Source: an uncultured Erysipelotrichales bacterium | GTDB lineage: Bacteria > Bacillota_I > Bacilli_A > Erysipelotrichales > Coprobacillaceae | Direction: 5' to 3' | Assembly (NCBI GenBank): GCA_910579135.1 | Contig: CAJTTM010000010.1 | Location: 716-64,715, forward strand | DNA length: 64,000 bases | Part shown: in pieces, positions 10,625 through 18,932 of the stretch | Layout: each line of letters opens with the position of its first letter | Position numbering within the stretch: position 1 is the first letter of the stretch | Notes under the pieces: model-generated | What the model saw: only the letters and a program-made list of their open reading frames with translations | Databases searched by the model: none | Told to the model about the DNA's origin: nothing | Made by a program: the position numbers and the translations under genes

Positions 10625-11687
10625 GAAACTAAAAAGAAATACTATCATTAAAACGATTATTGAATGCTTAGCCTATAGTACTAGTCTTCTTCTTCTCACT
10701 TATTTATGTTATCTATATTGTAAAAATAAAGTTTGGTATCCTGAAGATAATCTATATTATTTCTTAATTGCAATCCAGCAATTTATTATTCCTATTTTGA
10801 TTTTTCTTATTATTGTTGGTTCTTTAGCCATTATCTTTTATCATTTTAATAAAACATTCAATTATATAGATGCTATTTTACAAGCTTATGATGAAATTGA
10901 TAAAAATGATAATCAGTTGATTCAAATAGAATATGATGAATTAAAAGAACATGAAACTAAGATCAATCAAGTGAAACTTAATCTTTCTAATAATAAAAAA
11001 GCCGCTAAAGAAGCAGAGCAAAGAAAAAACGATCTAATTGTTTATTTAGCCCATGATTTAAAAACACCTCTTACATCTATTATTGGATATATGACTTTAT
11101 TAAAAGATGAGCCTCAAATAAGTGAAAGCATGAGAGAGCATTATCTTTCTGTTGTATTAGATAAATCTTTAAGATTAGAAGATTTAATTAATGAATTCTT
11201 TGAAATCACGAGATTTAATCTGACTCATCAAGAGTTAGAATATTCAACAGTTAATCTCACTAGATTATTAGAACAATTAATCTTTGAATTCCAACCAATG
11301 TTTAATCAAAAGAATATAACATGTGAATGTCAAATTCCTAAAGATTTAATGTTAAAATGTGATCCTAATAAAATGCAAAGAGTTTTTGATAATTTACTTA
11401 GAAATGCTGTAAATTATTCATTTCATAATAGTACTATTCATATTGATGTTAAACAAGATGACAAGATACATATGACTTTTTTAAATCAAGGAAATACAAT
11501 CCCAAAAGAAAAATTAGGACGTTTATTTGAACAATTCTATCGACTTGATACATCAAGAACAACTTCTACTGGTGGTGCTGGTTTAGGGCTAGCGATTGCT
11601 AAAGAAATCATAGAACAACATCAAGGAACAATTGAAGCAGAAAGTTATGATGAGAAAGTTATTTTTCATATTACCTTACCTTTATAA
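10617..11687 (+). CDS. VanS-like sensor histidine kinase
   Basis: 356 aa. Two N-terminal TM helices, H-box YLAHDLKTPLTSIIGY, N-box DNLLRNAVNYS, G-box GGAGLGLAIAKEI. TTG start overlaps the RR stop. Confidence 0.85.
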   Translation: MNKKLKRNTIIKTIIECLAYSTSLLLLTYLCYLYCKNKVWYPEDNLYYFLIAIQQFIIPILIFLIIVGSLAIIFYHFNKTFNYIDAILQAYDEIDKNDNQLIQIEYDELKEHETKINQVKLNLSNNKKAAKEAEQRKNDLIVYLAHDLKTPLTSIIGYMTLLKDEPQISESMREHYLSVVLDKSLRLEDLINEFFEITRFNLTHQELEYSTVNLTRLLEQLIFEFQPMFNQKNITCECQIPKDLMLKCDPNKMQRVFDNLLRNAVNYSFHNSTIHIDVKQDDKIHMTFLNQGNTIPKEKLGRLFEQFYRLDTSRTTSTGGAGLGLAIAKEIIEQHQGTIEAESYDEKVIFHITLPL

Positions 11688-11727
11688 AATTGTAAGAATT
11701 TTATAATTATTTCTTAAAAAATTCTTT

Positions 11728-11765
11728 CTTTACATCTTTTATAATAAAGATGTAAAGATTTTTTT
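11728..11765 (+). terminator. hairpin plus T-run between the kinase gene and the C39-like gene (terminator or attenuator)
   Basis: CTTTACATCTT-N8-AAGATGTAAAG followed by ATTTTTTT. The SD AAGGAG of the next gene follows immediately. Confidence 0.55.
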
Positions 11766-11780
11766 AAGGAGTGAAGATTT

Positions 11781-12533
11781 ATGAAAAATAAAAGATTTCT
11801 TATTCTTGTTTTAGTTGTGTTTATTGCCTTTATTGGATTTGAGCATATTCAACACACTTACAGTTTAGAACTTTATATGAAATCACAAGATAATAAACAA
11901 CTAGAATATATTTATCAACACCATCAACAATATCCAGAAGAACTCATTAATCTAGCAATAAAAAATGAAGAAACTATTGATTTTGTAAAAAATTATATTA
12001 ACTATAAAGAGAATCCAACCATTCCTACAAATATAGGTGAATTAAGTCATGAAGTCCCTCTTTTATTACAATGGGATCAAAGATGGGGTTATCTTGCTTA
12101 TGGTAATAATTGTATTGCTTTAACAGGATGTGGTCCAACTTGTTTATCTATGGTCATAAGTTATTTGACTCAAGATAATACTATTACCCCTTATACAATA
12201 GCTTCTTATTCATTAAAACATCATTATTATTTACAAGGTGTAGGAACAAAATGGGAATTAATGACAAAGGCAGCAAGTCATTTTGGTGTGAATGCTAGAC
12301 AGTTATCCTTATCTAAAGAAAATATGATTCAAGAATTAAATCTTCATCACCCTCTTATTGCTTCTGTTAGAAAAGGTGATTTTACCGATAAAGGTCATTT
12401 TATAGTTATTAGTCAATATAAAAATGGACAATTTAAAGTTAATGATCCTAATAGTATTTCTAAAAGCAATCAACTATATGATTATGAAAGATTAGAAGAA
12501 CAAATCAATAATATATGGGTTTATTCTTTATAA
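11781..12533 (+). CDS. membrane-anchored C39-like cysteine peptidase domain protein
   Basis: 250 aa. N-terminal TM and GCGPTCLSMV Cys context typical of the Peptidase_C39_2-like fold. Confidence 0.55.
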   Translation: MKNKRFLILVLVVFIAFIGFEHIQHTYSLELYMKSQDNKQLEYIYQHHQQYPEELINLAIKNEETIDFVKNYINYKENPTIPTNIGELSHEVPLLLQWDQRWGYLAYGNNCIALTGCGPTCLSMVISYLTQDNTITPYTIASYSLKHHYYLQGVGTKWELMTKAASHFGVNARQLSLSKENMIQELNLHHPLIASVRKGDFTDKGHFIVISQYKNGQFKVNDPNSISKSNQLYDYERLEEQINNIWVYSL

Positions 12534-12559
12534 GCAAACTATCAGGTTTGCTTTTTTTA
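12533..12559 (+). terminator. rho-independent terminator
   Basis: AGCAAAC-TATCAG-GTTTGCT followed by T7. Confidence 0.75.
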
Positions 12560-12630
12560 TTGAAATTTACTATTTATAGATTTATAATATTTTTTGAAGT
12601 TAGTTTATGTTAACGAATAGAGGTGAAAAA

Positions 12631-13500
12631 ATGAAATTATCTAGAAATGACGTATGTTGGTGTGGCAGTCAAAAGAAATATAAAAAATGTCATTTAGAAC
12701 TTGATAATAAATTAAGTGCATTAAGAAGAGTTGGTTATAAAATACCTCCTCATAGTATGATTAAAAATGAAGAACAAATTAAAGGAATTAGAGAAGCAGC
12801 AATTATCAATAATGGTTTATTAGATGAAATAGAAAAACAAATATGTGCTGGTATGAGTACCGAAGATATTGATAATATCACAACAAAATATCTTAAAGAA
12901 CATGATGCTTCTTCTGCTGATTATCAATATCAAGGTTATCCAAAGAGTATCTGTACTTCGGTTAATGATGAAATATGTCATGGTATCCCTTCTAAGAAAG
13001 TGATTTTAAAAGAAGGTGATATTATCAATGTTGATGCAACGACTTGTTATCATGGATATTATGCTGATGCATCAAGAATGTTTATGATTGGTAATGTAAG
13101 TGATGAGGCAAAACGCTTAGTAGAAGCAACAAAAGAGTGCTTGATTAAAGGTATAGAAAGTATCAAACCTTTTCAAAGTACAATTGGTGACATCGGTAAA
13201 GCTATTGAAGAATATGCAACAAGTCAAGGTTATAGTGTTGTAAGGGAATTCTGTGGACATGGTGTTGGACTTGCAATGCATGAAGATCCTTATATCTATC
13301 ATTATCATACTCATACTCCTACTTGTGTTCTTGTTCCTGGTATGGTTATTACAGTCGAACCCATGATTAATCAAGGAAAACGATTCCTTCATATTGGTAA
13401 AAATGGATGGACTGCTTATACTAATGATGGGTTACTTTCTGCACAATGGGAACATACTCTATTAATCACTGAAGATGGAGTTGAAATTATATCTCAATAA
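12631..13500 (+). CDS. map: type I methionine aminopeptidase with N-terminal SEC-C zinc motif
   Basis: SEC-C CWCGSQKKYKKCH followed by a MetAP pita-bread domain (DATTCYHGYYADASRMF, CGHGVG, VEPMI, QWEHT). Start set at ATG 12631 after AGAGGTG. Confidence 0.9.
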   Translation: MKLSRNDVCWCGSQKKYKKCHLELDNKLSALRRVGYKIPPHSMIKNEEQIKGIREAAIINNGLLDEIEKQICAGMSTEDIDNITTKYLKEHDASSADYQYQGYPKSICTSVNDEICHGIPSKKVILKEGDIINVDATTCYHGYYADASRMFMIGNVSDEAKRLVEATKECLIKGIESIKPFQSTIGDIGKAIEEYATSQGYSVVREFCGHGVGLAMHEDPYIYHYHTHTPTCVLVPGMVITVEPMINQGKRFLHIGKNGWTAYTNDGLLSAQWEHTLLITEDGVEIISQ

Positions 13501-13510
13501 TTTTGAAAAA

Positions 13511-13540
13511 CACAATAGCTAACTATTGTGCTTTTTATTT
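13511..13540 (+). terminator. rho-independent terminator of map
   Basis: CACAATAG-CTAA-CTATTGTG followed by CTTTTTATTT. Confidence 0.75.
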
Positions 13541-13544
13541 GATG

Positions 13545-13880
13545 AACATTTCTTGAATATATCTTTTTTATCTATATCTAAAAGGTTAAGTATTAAATCT
13601 TCTCGTTCTTCTTCATTATTATTATTGATTTTCTCAATAATATCCTTCGATAACAACCAGTTTATGCATCCTATAAATAAAAATACTATCTTTTATTACC
13701 TTTATTTTTTAATAGCATAATCTACAATTTTTCCTATTGCATAACCTTCTTTATATCCCATCTCTTTTAATCATTCACATATCTCACACATTACCATTTT
13801 TCTTTTCTCCTTTATAAAATGAATATATTTTTTTAATCATTCATTAAAACTATTCAATGTATCATATTTTGTATAAAAAA
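13545..13880 (-). pseudogene. orphan 3' remnant of a second Rpn-family gene (C-terminal cassette only, with in-frame stops)
   Basis: Reverse translation: FIKEKRKMVMCEICE*LKEMGYKEGYAIGK ... SKDIIEKINNNNEEEREDLILNLLDIDKKD. It parallels the C-terminus of the decayed copy at 62785..63090 (YYKQDERGVKKMCEITRKWMG ... INDSNEEDLDQLLLNISDIDKEED). Confidence 0.6.
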
Positions 13881-13884
13881 CCAC

Positions 13885-14706
13885 TTAAATCATTGCTAAT
13901 TGTTCTATAGTTAAACCTGTAAATTTTTGTATATCCTCATTACTAAATCTTTCATCCTTTTTCATCTCTATTGCAATTTTAAATTTCTCTTCTATCTTCC
14001 CCTCAGCTTTCCCATTGGTAAAACCTCTTTTTTCACCAATGATTTCTCCTTCAATCCTTCCCATTTCTTTTAATTGATCACATATCTCACACATTTCTAT
14101 CACACCTTTCCTTTCTTCTTTATAATATTTGACCCATTTTTTTAAGACTTCACTATACATCTCATTTGGATCAATACAATGAAAATCATGGATTAATCTT
14201 CCTAGTACTGTATCTTCATCCTGATAATCTCCATTCACATATATCATCTCTTGTCCTATATCTACTTCTTCTTTTGTTTCTTTATTCGTAAGTTTAAGAT
14301 GATATATTGGTAATCCCTTCTTAAAATAGTCTCCTTCACACATAAAAACGATATAACTTTCTGGAACTTCTTCATATTCTGAACTTTTCTTTATTTCTTG
14401 TGTATCTATAAGACTAAGATTCAATCTTCCTCTTTTTGGTGTCGCTCCTTTTTCTTTTCTCTGTATTTCTACATTGATTCTCATCTTTTCACTTTTGACA
14501 TAAATATCAAACTGAGCTTCTCTTCCTTTGATATTGCTCATATAATGCTCAACATGATGTTCATCAATATGTAGATGTCTTCCTAGTATGATATCAATCA
14601 TTTCATTAACACATTCCCTATGACCAAAGACAACTTTGATCATAGGAGAATGAAATAAAGTCATAGACTTAATAAGGGATAAAACATCTTGATTTTTAGC
14701 TTTCAT
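13885..14706 (-). CDS. Rpn-family recombination-promoting nuclease / PD-(D/E)XK putative transposase
   Basis: 273 aa. Family-typical N-terminus (MTLFHSPMIKVVFG) and PD-(D/E)XK core (REAQFDIYV ... INVEIQRKE). Same family as the TIGR01784-type 'putative transposase or invertase' proteins. Confidence 0.75.
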   Translation of the reverse strand: MKAKNQDVLSLIKSMTLFHSPMIKVVFGHRECVNEMIDIILGRHLHIDEHHVEHYMSNIKGREAQFDIYVKSEKMRINVEIQRKEKGATPKRGRLNLSLIDTQEIKKSSEYEEVPESYIVFMCEGDYFKKGLPIYHLKLTNKETKEEVDIGQEMIYVNGDYQDEDTVLGRLIHDFHCIDPNEMYSEVLKKWVKYYKEERKGVIEMCEICDQLKEMGRIEGEIIGEKRGFTNGKAEGKIEEKFKIAIEMKKDERFSNEDIQKFTGLTIEQLAMI

Positions 14707-14715
14707 TTATTTGAC

Positions 14716-14855
14716 CTCCTATTATTCTATACTAATAAAAAGAGGCTTTTTCTTTTTTTAAATGTATAATTTCATAATATGAAAATATAGACTTCTATAA
14801 ATCTATTATAAGAGTATAAAACAGAATTGTCATTGGACATTGTGTCCAAAGAAAA
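14716..14855 (-). repeat. ~140-bp conserved 5' flank of Rpn genes, copy A
   Basis: About 85% identical by eye to 63516..63659, e.g. CTTCTATAAATCTATTATAAGAGTATA and TTGTCATTGGACATT in both. Confidence 0.8.
14805..14833 (-). promoter_or_regulatory. promoter of the Rpn gene (ATGACA-17-TATAAT) overlapped by a palindrome
   Basis: -35 at 14833..14828, -10 at 14810..14805. The palindrome TTGGACA-N3-TGTCCAA (14833..14849) abuts the -35. Conserved in the second copy. Confidence 0.55.
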
Positions 14856-14889
14856 ACTAATAAATAACTCTAGATTACTTATTAGCTTA

Positions 14890-15387
14890 TTATAATTGAT
14901 AATTAAAAACAGAACATTGTAATGTTTGGTTAGCAGTATAAGAATCAATAACCTCTATTTCCTTTCCACCCATTACTTTATAAAACAAACAAGAAGGATT
15001 TTCTTTTAAACATTCTATTATCATTTCTTTATATCCTTGGTGTTTTAATAATTTCTTCCCTTCTTCAATTAAAGATCGACCAAGACCTTGACCTTGATAT
15101 TCTTTTAATACATATAAAGATTGTATTTCTCCAAAATCTTTATATTTTTCATTTCTACATTTCACACATGTCATAACTCCTACTACCTTATTATCAACTA
15201 CTGCAACAGTATATTTCATAGGATTATCTTTAATATCTTTTTCTCTTTTCTTTATATCTTTTTTAGTATTTGTAAGTTGATTTAAAAAAGAATCATTAAT
15301 AATTCCTTTATATGTATTTTTCCATGTCAATACATAAACTTCATTGATTTGATGAGCATCTTCTATCTTAGCCTTTCGTATTTCCAT
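14890..15387 (-). CDS. GNAT family N-acetyltransferase
   Basis: 165 aa. Acetyl-CoA motif QGQGLGRSLIEEG. Confidence 0.85.
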   Translation of the reverse strand: MEIRKAKIEDAHQINEVYVLTWKNTYKGIINDSFLNQLTNTKKDIKKREKDIKDNPMKYTVAVVDNKVVGVMTCVKCRNEKYKDFGEIQSLYVLKEYQGQGLGRSLIEEGKKLLKHQGYKEMIIECLKENPSCLFYKVMGGKEIEVIDSYTANQTLQCSVFNYQL

Positions 15388-15481
15388 TTTTACACTTCCC
15401 TATTTTATAGTATAACATAAATTCAATCATATTTATAGAAATTAATTTAAAGGAAGATTATAATATTAAAAGGAGGTTAAT

Positions 15482-17236
15482 ATGAATATTGAAGATATAA
15501 AATTACAATTAGACCAATTATATGATCAAGGACAAAGTCAAAAAGCATATGAGTTATTATTAAATCAATTAAATATTGCAATGAATCATCAAGATGATGA
15601 TACTGTTTTATTTTTACTTAATGAATTGATTGGTTATTATAGAGTCACTACACAATTTGAATTAGGTAATCAAGTATCACTTCAAGCTATTAGAATATTA
15701 GAAAATCATCAACTTTCTAAATCAATCATTGCAGCAACTACTTTTTTAAATATCGCAACACTTTATAGATCACAAGGAAATTATCATCAATCTTTACAAT
15801 ACTATCATCAATGTGAAAAAATCTATCAATTGTTATTGGATAGAAATGATATGAGATTTGCAGCTTTTTATAATAATTTTAGTTTACTTTATCAAGAAAC
15901 AGGTGATAAAGAAAAAGCATTAGATTATGAACTTAAAGCTTTACAAGTTATTCAAAAAGGTCATGATAATGAATTTGAAGAAGCTGTTACATATTCTAAT
16001 CTTTCACAAATATATTTTTCTTTAGATAAGAAAGAAGAAGGGAAAAATTATTTAGATAAAGCAATTCTATTATTTTATAAAAATAATATTTGTGATCATC
16101 ATTATTTTTCTGCATTAAATGCTTTGGCTCAATATCATTATATGAATCATGAATATGATAAATCTATTGAATTATATGATGAAATATTAGATCAATTTGA
16201 AAGAACATATGGAAAAACAAAAGATTATGATATTGTTTTAAAAAACAAAGAAAATGTCTTAAAACAAATACACAACCAACATATAAAGGGGTTAGAATTA
16301 TGTAAAAGATATTATGAAACTTATGGAAAAAAGATGATTGATGAAAAGTTTAGTGAATATAAACAATATATGGCAATTGGATTATTTGGAATGGGTTCTG
16401 ATTGTTTAGGATATGATGATGATATTTCTATGGATCATGATTTTGGACCAGGTTTTTGTATTATTATTCCTGATAATATCTATCAAAAAATTGGTAAAGA
16501 ACTGCAAAGAGAATATGATAATTTACCTCATCAATTTATGAATATACAACGAATCCAATCAAATCACGGACAAAATAGAGTTGGTGTTTTTTCAATAAAT
16601 CAAATGTTTGGACAATTTCTTCAATTTATCCCTCATACTTTACAAGAATGGTTATATAGTGATGAAAATGGTTTATTAGCTTGTACTAATGGAGAAATTT
16701 TTGATGATCATTATGGAAAAGTGACTCAAATAAGAGAAACTTTAAAATATTATCCTGAAGATATTAGAATCAAAAAAATTGTTCGTGCTATTTCAAAAAT
16801 GGCACAATCAGGTCAATATAATTATAGTCGATGTATGCAAAGAGGTGATATTGTTGCAGCTGTACTTGCTTTAAATGAATTTATTGATCAAACACTTTCT
16901 TGTATTTATTTATTAAATAAAAAATATAAACCATATTATAAATGGGCATTTAAAGGATTAGATGATTGTATAGTCCTAAATGATTTAAAAGAACTTATTA
17001 AAGAATTAACTGAATTACCTCATCAATATTCAGCATGGGATAATAATCATCTATTAGTTAATATCAACGATAAAAAAGTCATATTGATTGAAAAAATATG
17101 TCAAAGAATCATAACAGAACTTCATCATCAAAATTTAAGTGATAGCACCGATGACTTTTTAGAAAATCACACACTCATTATTATGAATAAAATCAAAGAT
17201 AAAGATATAAGATTAAAACATATAATGGAGGGATAA
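15482..17236 (+). CDS. TPR repeat - Pol-beta-type nucleotidyltransferase-like - DUF4037-like fusion protein
   Basis: 584 aa. N-terminal ~260 aa are TPR-like (ATLYRSQGNYHQSLQYY, SLLYQETGDKEKALDY). Then GMGSDCLGYDDDISMDHDFGPGF (GS-x12-DxD NTase-like). The C-terminal helical part resembles DUF4037. Confidence 0.5.
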   Translation: MNIEDIKLQLDQLYDQGQSQKAYELLLNQLNIAMNHQDDDTVLFLLNELIGYYRVTTQFELGNQVSLQAIRILENHQLSKSIIAATTFLNIATLYRSQGNYHQSLQYYHQCEKIYQLLLDRNDMRFAAFYNNFSLLYQETGDKEKALDYELKALQVIQKGHDNEFEEAVTYSNLSQIYFSLDKKEEGKNYLDKAILLFYKNNICDHHYFSALNALAQYHYMNHEYDKSIELYDEILDQFERTYGKTKDYDIVLKNKENVLKQIHNQHIKGLELCKRYYETYGKKMIDEKFSEYKQYMAIGLFGMGSDCLGYDDDISMDHDFGPGFCIIIPDNIYQKIGKELQREYDNLPHQFMNIQRIQSNHGQNRVGVFSINQMFGQFLQFIPHTLQEWLYSDENGLLACTNGEIFDDHYGKVTQIRETLKYYPEDIRIKKIVRAISKMAQSGQYNYSRCMQRGDIVAAVLALNEFIDQTLSCIYLLNKKYKPYYKWAFKGLDDCIVLNDLKELIKELTELPHQYSAWDNNHLLVNINDKKVILIEKICQRIITELHHQNLSDSTDDFLENHTLIIMNKIKDKDIRLKHIMEG

Positions 17237-17258
17237 TTTATCCCTCCATAGCTTTTTG
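17227..17258. terminator. hairpin between convergent genes
   Basis: GGAGGGATA-ATT-TATCCCTCC overlapping the stop of 15482..17236, followed by a T5 run. Confidence 0.5.
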
Positions 17259-17264
17259 TTCTAT

Positions 17265-18422
17265 TTAATCAGCAGCTTGTTTTGCTCCTAAACATTGATG
17301 AAAATCTTGAGAGATACAAATAGCATTTGTTTGGTATTTTGATTGATTCAATATCTTCTCAACAGCATTTTTTATTTCTATGACACTGTTATTCTTTAAA
17401 TAAATGCCTGCTTCTAATTCTTCTACTCGTTTCGCAACCACATTTTGTTCAGGGGTTTGTGGAAATAAGACAAGTGGTACTCCATAATATAAAGCTTCGT
17501 TAACACTATTCATTCCACAATGAGTAATAAAAACATCACAACATTGCAACACTTCCATTTGATTAACAAATCTTTCTACTTTAATATGATTTGAAAAAGG
17601 TTTTAAATCTTCTATATTCAAATAATTCCCAATAGAAATAATGACATCATAATTCGTATTTTCAAATGCTTCTATGCAATGATTATAAAAAGATAAAAAT
17701 TGATTATTAACAGTCCCTAAAGAAATATAGATTGTCTTTTGTTTTGATCTTTCAACTTGATAATCTAATTTTCTTATTAAAGGTCCTACAAATTCATATT
17801 TATCACTAAAAGTGTCACTATAAGGTTGAAACATTTTAGAAGTGTAAACAATGGTATCAGTATGATTATCATTAGAAATAATAGAAAGAATATTATCTAT
17901 AGGATATCCTTTATCTACCAATTTTTTTAATATCTTATTTGCTTTTCTAGTAGAAAACATTAATGAAATCATTTCTTTAAAAGTGTATTTTAACATCTTT
18001 GAACTATATTGATTAAATGCAAAAGTTGTTGTTGAACAAATATAGGGAATATTTAATTTTAAAGCAATCAGTTTTCCCCATAGAGCCATAGAATCAGAAA
18101 CAATACAATCAGGATGATATTCTTTCATATCAGCGAATATCATCCCATCTAATGCTAGTGTTGTATTCACCAATACATTCGTTGATAAAACAATATCTTT
18201 TCCCACTCTCGTAATTTCATCCTTACTCAATTGACTTTGAAAATCACATTGATCACATGATACAAATTGTGCTCCTGCCATTTCAATACTCTTTTTCATC
18301 ATATCATAGGAATAATATCTCACATCATGCCCTCGACTTACTAATTCACTGACAACCTGTAAAGTAGGATTTGTATGTCCATAGGCAGGAATATTAAAAA
18401 ATACAACCTTCACATTATTCAT
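17265..18422 (-). CDS. GT1 UDP-glycosyltransferase, macrolide glycosyltransferase (MGT/OleD-like) family
   Basis: 385 aa. N-terminal PAYGHTNPTL and C-terminal nucleotide-sugar motif THCGMNSVNEALYYGVPLVLFPQTPEQ. Confidence 0.8.
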   Translation of the reverse strand: MNNVKVVFFNIPAYGHTNPTLQVVSELVSRGHDVRYYSYDMMKKSIEMAGAQFVSCDQCDFQSQLSKDEITRVGKDIVLSTNVLVNTTLALDGMIFADMKEYHPDCIVSDSMALWGKLIALKLNIPYICSTTTFAFNQYSSKMLKYTFKEMISLMFSTRKANKILKKLVDKGYPIDNILSIISNDNHTDTIVYTSKMFQPYSDTFSDKYEFVGPLIRKLDYQVERSKQKTIYISLGTVNNQFLSFYNHCIEAFENTNYDVIISIGNYLNIEDLKPFSNHIKVERFVNQMEVLQCCDVFITHCGMNSVNEALYYGVPLVLFPQTPEQNVVAKRVEELEAGIYLKNNSVIEIKNAVEKILNQSKYQTNAICISQDFHQCLGAKQAAD

Positions 18423-18828
18423 CCTTTCCTAAAACAATATCTTTTATTTCATCAACTTTCATAATTGCAAGTCCTTTATGAATATCCCCCAAAATTAATA
18501 GTTGATCCCCAAAATGAATTTGAAATACTTTCCTTGCTTTAGAAGGAATAACAATTTGTCCTCTATCTCCTACCTTTACAATTCCAAATATATATTTTCC
18601 ATTTCTTTCTTCATCCAATAATTCATCATCTTCTAATAATAAACTATCTACTGACACATTATATAATACTGCTAACTTTTTACATTTTAAGATATCTGGT
18701 AATGTTTCTTCACTTTCCCATTTTGATATCGTTTGTCTAGAAACACCACATTTTTCTGCTACATCTTCTAAAGTCATTTTGTTTTCTTTTCTTAACTCTT
18801 TAAGCTTTTTACCAAGCATACTTTTCAC
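18415..18828 (-). CDS. XRE-family HTH fused to an AbrB/SpoVT-type domain
   Basis: 137 aa. HTH (MTLEDVAEKCGVSRQTISKWE) plus looped-hinge barrel segment VKVGDRGQIVIPSKARKVF. Overlaps the GT1 start by 8 nt. Confidence 0.75.
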   Translation of the reverse strand: MKSMLGKKLKELRKENKMTLEDVAEKCGVSRQTISKWESEETLPDILKCKKLAVLYNVSVDSLLLEDDELLDEERNGKYIFGIVKVGDRGQIVIPSKARKVFQIHFGDQLLILGDIHKGLAIMKVDEIKDIVLGKDE

Positions 18829-18932
18829 ATCCTTATTTCTTATTATAGGGTAATCATGTATTTATGCAACCAATTAATGTTAACTAAAAATGTAACAATT
18901 ATTAACATAAAAAGCATCCTTAATAAGGATAC

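Noticed and set aside
13526-13720. 64-aa plus-strand ORF after map
   Set aside because: It starts inside the map terminator, is low complexity and lies antisense to the Rpn C-terminal remnant.
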